Shown: in pieces, positions 23,630-32,611 of the stretch | Layout of the letters: each line of letters begins with the position of its first letter | Position numbering within the stretch: the first letter of the stretch is position 1 | From: Candidatus Nanoarchaeia archaeon | GTDB taxonomy: Archaea; Thermoproteota; Bathyarchaeia; Bathyarchaeales; Bathycorpusculaceae | Assembly: GCA_035506455.1 (NCBI GenBank) | Contig: DATJPJ010000080.1 | Span: forward strand, 1 to 44,188 | DNA length: 44,188 bases | Reading direction: 5' to 3' | Notes under the pieces: model-generated | Told to the model about the DNA's origin: nothing | What the model saw: the letters and a program-made list of their open reading frames with translations, nothing else | Database searches by the model: none | Made by a program: the position numbers and the translations under genes

Positions 23630-23898
23630 TATTTCACCATTTACTAGTTGGGAGTTTAGCTTTTAACAGTAACGTAATCGTCTATTTGGTCACGCGGCGA
23701 GTGCTAAACGAACCATAATAGAAAATTAGTGTGAACGAAAACTATTATGAAAGTTTTCGTAAAAAATTTTGGCTACATGAAGATTGGCGGTGCAGTTTTA
23801 AGTTCGAACAAATACACTTTGTTTATTGATTAGCGGCGTGTGAGGCTGGCTTTTTTGATGCTTCGAACCTTTCAAAAGCTTCGTTATCACGTTTGGTG

Positions 23899-25116
23899 AT
23901 GGGTGAAAAAAGTTTGGATATAGCCAAGTCTAAGCTTTTTCGTTTCGTTCTCATAATCGGAATAGTGAACCTTTTTGCTGATTTCACTTATGAAGGAGGA
24001 CGAAGCATTGTCGGTCCATTCTTAGGTGCATTGGGTGCTAGTGGAGCCATCGTCGGATTTGTCGGAGGATTTGGCGAGTTTGTGGGCTACGCCTTCCGTT
24101 CCGTTTCAGGATACATTGCCGACAGAACTGGGAAATACTGGGTCACGATCTTTATCGGGTATGCCATTAACATGTTTGCGGTTCCAGCTCTGGCGCTTGC
24201 TGGAAATTGGCCTGTCGCAGCGCTTCTTGTTGTTGCTGAGCGAACAGGTAGGGCAATTAGACGACCTTCGGTTGAAACCGTGCTTTCTTACACGACACCT
24301 GAACTGGGTAAAGGTTGGGTTTTTGGGTTAAACGAAGCTTTGGACCAAGCAGGTGCCACAATAGGTCCACTGGTTGTCGCCCTAGTTTTGTTACTTAAGG
24401 GAGGTTATCAAACAGGTTTTGCGATTCTATTAGTTCCCGCCTTGCTGTGCATTTGTACTTTGATTGTTGCACGCTATCTCTCCCCCCGATCAATTCATCA
24501 ATATGTGCAAGAAAAAAGAAGAAATGCGTCATTTGCAAAAGGGTTTTCTAGAGCTTACTGGACATATCTATTCGCGGGAGCCTTGATAGCTGCAGGGTTT
24601 ACTGGCTTTTCGCTAATATCTTTCCGTTTCCAACAAGTTGCCGTGGTTTCAAATTATCTCATTCCAATATTGTATGCTGTTGCAATGGCAACTGGCGCAA
24701 TTACAGCCTTAGTTTTTGGTAAACTATTTGATAAGATAGGTTCATTGGCAGTCATTTTGGCTTTTGCCATTTCAGCTTTCTTTGCCCCCTTTGTTTTCAT
24801 TGGCGGACTATATTTTGCTCTATTTGGCATGGTTTTGTGGGGTGTTGGAATGGGCGCTCAGGATTCATTATTGAAAGCTGTTCTAGTTGACGCCGTCCCG
24901 CTAGAAGGTCGAAGCACAGCTTTTGGTTTTTTTGACACGGCTTTTGGAATGTTTTACTTATTGGGAAATACGTTAATGGGTTTTCTATACGACTTTTCGA
25001 TTCCTGCGCTGATTACATTTTCTGTAGTCGCGCAACTTGCCGCTCTCCCAGTGTTTATTTATGCAAGAAAAAGGCAATCAAAAACGCTTAGCAAATTGGA
25101 TTATACGAAATATTAG
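23899..25116 (+). CDS. MFS transporter
   Basis: About 12 hydrophobic segments, with the loop motif GYIADRTGKYW between TM2 and TM3. The track start 23893 is a TTG, so the ATG at 23899 is used. Confidence 0.75.
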   Translation: MGEKSLDIAKSKLFRFVLIIGIVNLFADFTYEGGRSIVGPFLGALGASGAIVGFVGGFGEFVGYAFRSVSGYIADRTGKYWVTIFIGYAINMFAVPALALAGNWPVAALLVVAERTGRAIRRPSVETVLSYTTPELGKGWVFGLNEALDQAGATIGPLVVALVLLLKGGYQTGFAILLVPALLCICTLIVARYLSPRSIHQYVQEKRRNASFAKGFSRAYWTYLFAGALIAAGFTGFSLISFRFQQVAVVSNYLIPILYAVAMATGAITALVFGKLFDKIGSLAVILAFAISAFFAPFVFIGGLYFALFGMVLWGVGMGAQDSLLKAVLVDAVPLEGRSTAFGFFDTAFGMFYLLGNTLMGFLYDFSIPALITFSVVAQLAALPVFIYARKRQSKTLSKLDYTKY

Positions 25117-25185
25117 GTAAACAGAAGAAGTTGGAGGAACGATAATACTCATATTATCGGTTATCCAACAAGTTGCGGCGACAAC

Positions 25186-26082
25186 ATGGAGCTTAAACAA
25201 GTCGAGGACAACGTTTACTATATTCCTAATGTCACTAACATAGGCCTCATCAAAAATGGCGACTCAGCTGTCCTCATAGACAGCGGAGTTGATGATGACA
25301 CAGGCAGAAAAATACTGCGCATATTAGAAAGTCAGCATTTGCAGCTCAAAGCGATCATTAATACTCATTTTCATTCGGACCATTGCGGGGGAAACTCTTA
25401 TCTCAAGAGCAAAACCGGCGCCGCCATCTACGCATCCGACGTTGAAGCCGACTTTATTCAACATCCTTACCTTCAACCATTTTGCTTGTTTTCCGGGGCC
25501 AACCCACCAATGGAGCTCCAGAACAAGCTCGTCATGGCAGCGGCGTCGAAAGTTGACTTCATCATAAAGACCCAAGAAGATGTGGTGGAGATAGGTGGAG
25601 TTGTTATGAATGTACTGTCATTGCCCGGACATTCACCAAACCAAATCGGCATAAAATTTAACGACGTTGTTTTCTCCGCTGATGCTGTGTTCTCTCAGGA
25701 AATCCTCAGCAAACACAAACTTCCATATTTGGTGAACGTGGAGAAGCAAAAGGAAACATTAAACCGGCTAAGAAACCTAAACATGAAATTGCTGGTGCCT
25801 TCTCATGGAGAACCAACATCGAACGCTGCGCCTATGATTGATGAATACGCGAAAATCATTGACACTGCAGAGGAGCATCTGTTGACCGTGCTGGTTGAGG
25901 AGAAAACCACAGAGCAAGCGGTTAAGTCATTGTGTGATCGTTTCGGCATTGAAGCTGCAAAGGCTAATCAGTATTTCCTAATGCACACCATAACGCAAGC
26001 TTACTTGAGTTACCTGCGCGGAAAGGGGCTTGTCGCGCTTGAGTTTAGAAGCAACATGCTGTATTGGAAAAGGCTTTCATAA
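25186..26082 (+). CDS. MBL-fold metallo-hydrolase
   Basis: THFHSDHCGG metal-binding motif, with downstream LPGHS and PSHG. Confidence 0.85.
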   Translation: MELKQVEDNVYYIPNVTNIGLIKNGDSAVLIDSGVDDDTGRKILRILESQHLQLKAIINTHFHSDHCGGNSYLKSKTGAAIYASDVEADFIQHPYLQPFCLFSGANPPMELQNKLVMAAASKVDFIIKTQEDVVEIGGVVMNVLSLPGHSPNQIGIKFNDVVFSADAVFSQEILSKHKLPYLVNVEKQKETLNRLRNLNMKLLVPSHGEPTSNAAPMIDEYAKIIDTAEEHLLTVLVEEKTTEQAVKSLCDRFGIEAAKANQYFLMHTITQAYLSYLRGKGLVALEFRSNMLYWKRLS

Positions 26083-26146
26083 AATAAGAAATTACAAAAA
26101 ATTTAGAGTAGTGAACTAGGTGCCTTGGGTGGCATCTGTTCTTTTT

Positions 26147-26701
26147 CTACTTTATCCATTTAATTATGTTTGGCTTCTTTCTTTTGTCAGCCCCTGCTTT
26201 TCCTTTTGGGTGACCCAGAATGAACGGCACTAGCATATCGCAGTTTTCGGGGACGCCAACTTTCTTCAGAATATCTGGCTTGCTTGTTAATCGGCTAATC
26301 CAACCCATATAGCAAGTTCCAAGCCCCATGCCATGAGCTTTCAGGAACATGTTCTCTGCGGCTAAGACGCTGTCAAGCAAATTAAGACTGCCCCATTGTT
26401 GGTCTTTTTCTGCACAGATCAAGATGAGGACAGGTGCGTTATAGCAGATGATGTCTTCAGACGTAGCAAATCGCTTGGCAAGATCCGGAGACATCTGTTG
26501 CACTAAAACCTTGGTTTCGTCGGAGACAAAATTAATGAGTTTCTTGTCCTCGATTATTACAAATTTAAGAGGTTCACGATGCATGGCTGTGGGCGCCCAA
26601 ATTCCCGCCTCAAGAATAGCCTCTATTTGTTCCTTAGAAACTGATTCGGGGGTGTATGATCTTACGCTTCTTCTTTCTTTGATGCATGCGTCAAGTTCCA
26701 T
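26147..26701 (-). CDS. nitroreductase family protein
   Basis: CIKERRSVRSYT, then AGIWAPTAMHREP, a typical nitroreductase N-terminus. Confidence 0.85.
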   Translation of the reverse strand: MELDACIKERRSVRSYTPESVSKEQIEAILEAGIWAPTAMHREPLKFVIIEDKKLINFVSDETKVLVQQMSPDLAKRFATSEDIICYNAPVLILICAEKDQQWGSLNLLDSVLAAENMFLKAHGMGLGTCYMGWISRLTSKPDILKKVGVPENCDMLVPFILGHPKGKAGADKRKKPNIIKWIK

Positions 26702-26760
26702 AAATTATCCCTGAGTAGTGAAACTTTGCGTCGGCTTATAAAACTGGCGAATCTTGTGAG

Positions 26761-27345
26761 TTAGTTGCTTGTGAATGGGAACAGTTTTTTCTTGTATATC
26801 GCCGCGAGGACCATCGCATTTACGATGAGAAGGTAAAAAGGGAAAGCGTACGCTGAAAAAACCCAGGGCTTTGCTACTGCCAATCCAGCAGATGCGCCGA
26901 AGATGCCTGTTGCGAATGGCCAAATAGATTCGGTTCTAGGGTAGTTCCACGCCTTTGTCAACGTAGGAACCGTTGCCAACCCATCGCTTGCGATAGAAAG
27001 TAAAATTGCCACGTTCGGGTTCATCGTCAAATACCAGAAGACGAGCGCCAGCGCAGACAGGAAGCCGCAGAAATAGTCGAACTTGGATAGTTGCCAGTAG
27101 GCTTTCTTAGTTAGAAATGAGGCTACAAAAATTAGAAATGGGCCAAAACCTGCCATGAAAACTGGCACTACTGCTAAGCCTACGCCGCTTGAGGCTGATG
27201 CTGCGACTGCGATGAAAGGCGCTATCGCCCACATAAGCCAAGATACACGGTTTGGCTTGGCGCCGCCTTTGAACATTGAGCGTATGTAAGCAAGTGCGGC
27301 CAGCAGGGTGGCTGCAGCGGCGGCATAGACGAGATACTCGATCAT
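26761..27345 (-). CDS. integral membrane protein, unknown function
   Basis: 194 aa with about 6 hydrophobic helices and no recognised motif. Confidence 0.6.
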   Translation of the reverse strand: MIEYLVYAAAAATLLAALAYIRSMFKGGAKPNRVSWLMWAIAPFIAVAASASSGVGLAVVPVFMAGFGPFLIFVASFLTKKAYWQLSKFDYFCGFLSALALVFWYLTMNPNVAILLSIASDGLATVPTLTKAWNYPRTESIWPFATGIFGASAGLAVAKPWVFSAYAFPFYLLIVNAMVLAAIYKKKLFPFTSN

Positions 27346-27349
27346 GTCC

Positions 27350-27371
27350 TATCTGAAATATTTTTCAGATA
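27350..27371. promoter_or_regulatory. perfect 9-bp palindrome TATCTGAAA-TATT-TTTCAGATA between a T/A-rich TATA-like box and the start codon
   Basis: Read directly. It lies 5 nt upstream of the ATG at 27345. TTTTTTTATA (minus-strand sense) abuts it at 27370-27379. Confidence 0.4.
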
Positions 27372-27505
27372 TAAAAAAACGTCATCGTGTGTTTGTGCCT
27401 GGGAATTTTTATGGGTAAACGTTTAGTTTGAATGTAAAGGAAATAGTGTTTCCTAAGCCAGTTTATTTCTGGCTCAGGTGGTTTTATGGGTTGTTTGTAT
27501 ATTTT

Positions 27506-30500
27506 TTATTTTTCTGTTGCTTCTGTTTCTTTGGTCTTGGAGAGTTTGTATGGCCACCAGTTGAGTCTTTGAGCGAGGCCCATCAGTGATGGTACGAAGA
27601 GTAGAATTACAACTGTTACGTCTATGAGGATGGCCGCGGCGACTGCTAGGCTGATTTCTGCGAGGACCGCTATGTTGGTTACCATTAGTGACAAGAATAC
27701 GGTGGCAAGAACTAGTCCTAAGCCAAGGATGGTTACCCAGACTTTTTCGATGGCTGTTACGATTGCTTCGTTGTCGGTTTTGCCGTTGAGAACTTCTTCG
27801 CGTATGCGAGTTAGGAAGAATATGTCGTAGTCGATTCCGACTCCTAACATAGTTACGACGACAAAGAGGGGTCCGAAGTCGAGGATTGGAAGGTTGAGTG
27901 CATTGTAGAATATTGCTGAAGTTATTGCTAGTGAAAACACTACGCTGCAGAGTATAGTAATTATCAATCGGATAGGGGTGAAGGCTGAACGTAGCTGCAA
28001 GAATAAAATAACGTAGACGGCAGCGGCAAGAATAATCACGACTTCTGGAATGAGGTTTCCCATGAATGTTTGACTGTCGTATGTTGCTTGTGTTTCTCCT
28101 CCATAGTTAACGGTGACGCCGTTTAGTAGGGGCAGTTGGTTGATGTTTTTCTCCATTCCCTTTAACGAGTCGATGGCAGTTGAGCTGAAACCAGAGCTTG
28201 CTAGATTAACTGTGATTACTGCGGTTTTGTTGTCTTTTCCGATTGTTGAAAACATCTGACCTTCGTACTGCATTTGCGTTGGCAAAGCCAAGTCGTCTAT
28301 CGCTGAATAATTGAATACGTTCCCAAATGGTCTGGTAATGCCTGTGACTGCGGTTATTCCGTTTGAGGCGGCAGCAGACGCAGTTATTTTCTCGATCTGA
28401 TTGAGCAGAGTCTGGTTGAATTGGTTATTTCCATAAATTATCGGTGTTGATGTGGTTACGATTATGGAAGTCGGAGTCATAGTGCCGCTTCCAAAACTGT
28501 TAGACAATACGGTTAAGCCTTGATTGCTCTGGAAGTTTGGAATAAGTTTGAGGAATTCTTCGCTGGTTGGTGTGTTGTACATGACAGCAAATGCGCCTAA
28601 GGCAATGACACTTATGATAATAATGATCGGTACTTTTCGCTTCAGTGTTCCGTTTCCGAAGTTTCTCAGTTTGCTTTTGTCGAGTTTGTTTCCGGTCTCG
28701 GCTTTTTTGTTTATTCCTGGCCAGAAGATCTTGTCGCCTAGTGCAATTTCAAGGGCGGGCAAAAGCGTTAGTGATGCTGCAAGCAGAATTGCCACTCCTA
28801 GTGCTATGGCAGTTCCGACATCGCTGAAGATGGGCACGTTGGCAATTGCCATGACTATGTATGCGACGATTACGGTTATGCCTGCAGTTAGGACGGCTTG
28901 TCCTGCCCATTTGATTGAGATTCCGACGCTTTCTTTGATTGTTTTGCCTTTTTGTCGTTCTTCTTTTGTGCGTCTGAGTTGGAGCACTGAGTAGTCAACT
29001 GCGAGACCTAACATGAGCAATATAGTTAGTGTGGGTGTAAGGAAGGTCAGGTTTCCGTGACCAATTTTCACTATGGCTGCATAGATGGCGGCAAGTGCTA
29101 CTGAAACTGAGATGCCACCTAGCAATACTGGGATAAACGCTGCCAGTGGAGCTAGGAATAATAGTCCGACGATTAGTAGGGAAATGCCTATGCCTGGTCC
29201 GACAGTTATTTCAAGGGCAGGGATGAATGCTTGTGCAACATCTTTGGTTAAGACTGGTCCTCCCGTCACGTAAACTGTTCCAAGCGTCTGTAGATTAGAA
29301 TTCTTTACATCTGACTGCACTTGGGCGATCGTGTTGTCGCTTGGGCTTGACGAGAAAGTTAAAACAACTAGCATGGTGTTGTTTTGCGAGTTGACAAAGT
29401 TCCCGGTTAACGAGGTTGAAGGCGCGTACGGGTAGTTTTCGTAAGGTTGTTTTGTGACGATATTGTCGATTGCTTGGTTAACTTCAGATGCTGTTGCATT
29501 GGGTGAAAGTTCAAAGAGTAAGTTGCTTAGGGCTTGGCTGTTTATTGAGAAGAGTGGGGAATTGGCGAAAGTTTGTTGGGTTGCGTTTGCTATAAGGTCG
29601 CAAGCCAGTTGCCAGGTCTGTGCTTCGCTGTGTGTCGGACCTAGCTGGTATGCTGATTGCATTAAGTCTGAAACTGAAAATCCTGCATTTCCAGCTGTCA
29701 TGTTAGAATAGCTAGCTTCTAAAACTGAAATTGAGTATGTGCCAAGGGTTGCGTTTGAAGGTGATGGCCCCAGATTGTAAAGTTCGTTAACGAGGATAGC
29801 TGGAGAAGCTCCCAGAGAAGCTGAAACGTCTGCTGGAATGCTTTGCGCCATTGCTGAAATCGTCAAGTTCGCGATTGCATCGGATTGGCTCCATGTTGTA
29901 ACGTTTAGACCAAATGCAACAAGGCTTAGTGTTTGGCTTGTCTGTGTATCAAGCTGGGGGTTGTTTAGGAACGCCGTGACGGCCTGGTTTATTGCGAATG
30001 TTTCCCTGTCGGGCACTGATGTGCTGTTAGGAAGTGATTGGAAGCTGGATTCCCACGCACTAAAGAATGCAGAGTAGTACGCAATGGATTGGGCGTCGCC
30101 GCCAAAATTAGATGTGATGCTAAATGTGGTTGCGTTCGTTTCCGCGTTAGCCATGTTCGTGTCGGTTACGCCTTGAGCCTCGATTCCCTGCCATACACCT
30201 ACGAATGCAGTCGGAATACCGTAAACTAATTGGGCTGTTTGGTTTAAGCCTGATTGAAGCTGGAAAAGGTTTGTGCTAAGTGATGATAAGTTGTCTTCTA
30301 AAATGTACAGTCCCGAATTAATCGAGGCTATGTTAGATTGGAGACTTCCAGTTTGGCTGATTATGTCCGGCAAGGACTCGTTAAGCAAGCTCGCTTCTAG
30401 CGAATAGAGGCTTTCTTGGCCAGAGTAGTTGGCGATGTTTGAGTCCTTAGATAATGTTTGGTTGAGCGCAAGCACACTTTGCTTTAATGCGTCTGAATAG

Positions 30501-30817
30501 ACAATGGCATTTTGAATGACTATGAGTATGCTTTGCGAACTTGCGTTTGTGGTTGGAAATTGGGCACTCACAATGTTTGCGGCTTTGTCCGCTTCACTGT
30601 TTGGGGGGGATCCAAAACCTCCTGTTAAGTCGTAGGACACTGATGAGAAGAAACTTGGAATAAGTACAAGCGAGATTAATACTGCAACAATCCACGCTAT
30701 AATAATCCATCGATATCTTTTTTGAATGAAGTGATTCAATGAATCGAAATACGACTTTGGCATCTGAATCAAGCTCCTAAATGCATCTTCTTCGCCGTTA
30801 CATTTAACAGCGAACAT
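27506..30817 (-). CDS. MMPL/RND-superfamily transporter with very large first extracytoplasmic loop
   Basis: 1103 aa with two 6-TM-type hydrophobic bundles separated by soluble domains. MMPL-like motifs include LGLAVDYSVLQL and LGVGIDYDIFFL. An alternative start is ATG 30763 (MPKSYFDSLN...). Confidence 0.75.
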   Translation of the reverse strand: MFAVKCNGEEDAFRSLIQMPKSYFDSLNHFIQKRYRWIIIAWIVAVLISLVLIPSFFSSVSYDLTGGFGSPPNSEADKAANIVSAQFPTTNASSQSILIVIQNAIVYSDALKQSVLALNQTLSKDSNIANYSGQESLYSLEASLLNESLPDIISQTGSLQSNIASINSGLYILEDNLSSLSTNLFQLQSGLNQTAQLVYGIPTAFVGVWQGIEAQGVTDTNMANAETNATTFSITSNFGGDAQSIAYYSAFFSAWESSFQSLPNSTSVPDRETFAINQAVTAFLNNPQLDTQTSQTLSLVAFGLNVTTWSQSDAIANLTISAMAQSIPADVSASLGASPAILVNELYNLGPSPSNATLGTYSISVLEASYSNMTAGNAGFSVSDLMQSAYQLGPTHSEAQTWQLACDLIANATQQTFANSPLFSINSQALSNLLFELSPNATASEVNQAIDNIVTKQPYENYPYAPSTSLTGNFVNSQNNTMLVVLTFSSSPSDNTIAQVQSDVKNSNLQTLGTVYVTGGPVLTKDVAQAFIPALEITVGPGIGISLLIVGLLFLAPLAAFIPVLLGGISVSVALAAIYAAIVKIGHGNLTFLTPTLTILLMLGLAVDYSVLQLRRTKEERQKGKTIKESVGISIKWAGQAVLTAGITVIVAYIVMAIANVPIFSDVGTAIALGVAILLAASLTLLPALEIALGDKIFWPGINKKAETGNKLDKSKLRNFGNGTLKRKVPIIIIISVIALGAFAVMYNTPTSEEFLKLIPNFQSNQGLTVLSNSFGSGTMTPTSIIVTTSTPIIYGNNQFNQTLLNQIEKITASAAASNGITAVTGITRPFGNVFNYSAIDDLALPTQMQYEGQMFSTIGKDNKTAVITVNLASSGFSSTAIDSLKGMEKNINQLPLLNGVTVNYGGETQATYDSQTFMGNLIPEVVIILAAAVYVILFLQLRSAFTPIRLIITILCSVVFSLAITSAIFYNALNLPILDFGPLFVVVTMLGVGIDYDIFFLTRIREEVLNGKTDNEAIVTAIEKVWVTILGLGLVLATVFLSLMVTNIAVLAEISLAVAAAILIDVTVVILLFVPSLMGLAQRLNWWPYKLSKTKETEATEK

Positions 30818-31219
30818 AGCAATTGGCTTTGAGTTGTCTTTCTTAAGTATTTCCCATAATCTTTCGGCAACCCGACAAAGGGTAGGTCCAAATTAGGTTC
30901 ACGCTAGAGAATGGATTCAGGAAGTGATTACCTAAGAGCAAACCCTAAGGTCTTTGGTTGTTAAGTACACTGAAATGAGATTTGAACAGGACATACTTCG
31001 TCAAGAAAAGAAACAAATCAAAAATCTTGGAAATGCAAAAACCTCTTTGTTGAGATAAAGCTTCGTGCACAAAGGTCAGGGCTTAAAATTTGAAGAAAGA
31101 AAGCCTTGTGCACATTTGAGCTTGTGTCAATCACCTGAAGCAGAAAGTTAGAAGATGCCGAAGAATGAATTCAAATTTGTTGCTAAAAAAGAAAAAAAGG
31201 TGATTTCCAAGAATGCTGC

Positions 31220-31450
31220 TTAGATTTTTTTCTTAGCTTTCTCTACTGTTTCCTTTGCTTCTTTGCCAACTTTCTTTGCTTCTTCGGCTCCTTTTGCACC
31301 AACTTTCTTGGCGTCGACTGCTACTTTAGATCCAACTTTCTTTGCGTCAACGGCTACTTTAGATCCGACTTTCTTTGCATCAACTGCTGCTTTCTTGGCA
31401 TCTTCTTCGACTTTTTTCTTCAAGTTATTCAGAGGTGTCATTTCATTCAC
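31220..31450 (-). CDS. small Lys/Ala-rich protein built from 11-residue repeats (DAKKVGSKVAV), LEA-3/apolipoprotein-like periodicity
   Basis: 76 aa with 5-6 consecutive 11-mers. Two 33-bp DNA units differ at 3 positions, all synonymous. Confidence 0.7.
   Translation of the reverse strand: MNEMTPLNNLKKKVEEDAKKAAVDAKKVGSKVAVDAKKVGSKVAVDAKKVGAKGAEEAKKVGKEAKETVEKAKKKI
31311..31399. repeat. 33-bp tandem repeat (2.7 units) inside the repeat-protein CDS
   Basis: Units lie at 31311-31343 and 31344-31376, with a partial third to 31399. Confidence 0.8.
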
Positions 31451-31717
31451 TTATCCTATAATTTGACTTTTCATCTGAAAACTAATTTGGGTGAATTCAT
31501 ATTTGAAACTTGTGATAGTGGTCAATAAGTGAAACCTAGTTGGACACTCTATACTGATCAACTCGTCAAATTCTATTTTGCGGATCAAAAAAACAGTGTG
31601 CTTTAAGACCGATTTTGCTATAGAACTGGTTGGAATTTGAAAACAAAAAATCTAATTGAGGGGCAAAAGATAAAAGATGTTTGAATCTGCATCTGGCAGA
31701 CGCAGATTAATGTACAC

Positions 31718-31816
31718 TTAGACGCTGGTTCTAAGTTCGCTGCGCAACTTAATCGCTATGGTTAGCATTGATCCCACGATTACAAGCGTCCAGACAACGT
31801 TGAGTATATCAAACAT
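31718..31816 (-). CDS. candidate 32-aa single-TM micro-protein (MFDILNVVWTLVIVGSMLTIAIKLRSELRTSV)
   Basis: Hand-translated. GAGGAA lies 8 nt upstream of the ATG. An imperfect palindrome (31686-31707) follows the stop. Confidence 0.35.
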   Translation of the reverse strand: MFDILNVVWTLVIVGSMLTIAIKLRSELRTSV

Positions 31817-32369
31817 TTTTCTTATTCCTCATTGTTTTACTTTACAATTATCACTGTTATCTTCATCCCATATAAACGTAGTTATGATTTGTGCAGCATT
31901 TTTATGAAACACGTGATGAAATTCCATTTTTAGTGAATATTGTTGGACATTAGATAAGCGTTTCGATGCTGCACTGGATGATTGTCTTCATAACATTTTT
32001 TTTACTCGCATTTAAAAAGCTGCCAAGTGTTAATGCGAATTCCCTAAAAACCGTGTTGACAGTTTGCAATTGCTGCCTCCAACTGACCACAGCCACAATA
32101 AACAGTCGAGGCCCAATCACACGAATGTCATCGATTTACGGTATTTCGTAAACATATGAATGGCATTTTCCTAAATTATTGGACATGTTACTCCTTATTC
32201 ATAATTTTTATGCACAAATCTCAAATGCCTATTTATGTGTCTGTGGTCATTAGTTGATTAAAAAGCAAGATGGTTAAACATGAGAACTCCTGAAACATCA
32301 GAAATAGAGTCGAAAAAGGAAGAAATCCTGTACATTACCCACATTTGAATAGAAATAAGGTGACCCGCA

Positions 32370-32501
32370 ATGATTGACCTTTCAAGTTTAATTGGAACAG
32401 GTTTCGGAACTGCATTGTTTGCTATAGCTTATGCTGTATACGCTAAAGATTATAAAAGAAACTTGAAAATCCAAAAGATCGGCATGCAGGTTGGAGATTA
32501 A
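32370..32501 (+). CDS. candidate 43-aa single-TM micro-protein (MIDLSSLIGTGFGTALFAIAYAVYAKDYKRNLKIQKIGMQVGD)
   Basis: Hand-translated. GGTGA lies 6 nt upstream of the ATG. The stop overlaps the next ATG (TAATG). Confidence 0.4.
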   Translation: MIDLSSLIGTGFGTALFAIAYAVYAKDYKRNLKIQKIGMQVGD

Positions 32502-32611
32502 TGTACAGCGCAATATTAGTAGAATGCCAAACGAAGAATGCTAACCTAAATTGCGAAGACTGTATAGCCTACAAAACCTGCGCCATTAACAAGAAAGCAA
32601 AATCGAAGTAG
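32501..32611 (+). CDS. candidate 36-aa four-cysteine micro-protein (MYSAILVECQTKNANLNCEDCIAYKTCAINKKAKSK)
   Basis: Hand-translated and coupled to the preceding micro-ORF by a TAATG overlap. Cysteine spacing is C-x9-C-x2-C-x5-C. Confidence 0.35.
   Translation: MYSAILVECQTKNANLNCEDCIAYKTCAINKKAKSK

Noticed and set aside
31058-31115. Two GTGCAC-centred boxes, AAAGC(C)TT(C)GTGCACA, 43 bp apart.
   Set aside because: There are only two short copies and each palindrome is imperfect. This is not enough to call a regulatory site, so it is mentioned only under the MMPL finding.
31290-31400. A 33-bp tandem repeat that briefly looked like a mini CRISPR or satellite array.
   Set aside because: It has no spacers. 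The units are contiguous, in frame inside a CDS, and differ only synonymously, so it is a coding repeat.
31966-32151. 61-aa plus-strand ORF with a hydrophobic N-terminus in the AT-rich island.
   Set aside because: There is no SD site or TATA box at a sensible distance, and its composition is what an AT-rich sequence would give by chance. I kept it only as a possibility within the island finding.
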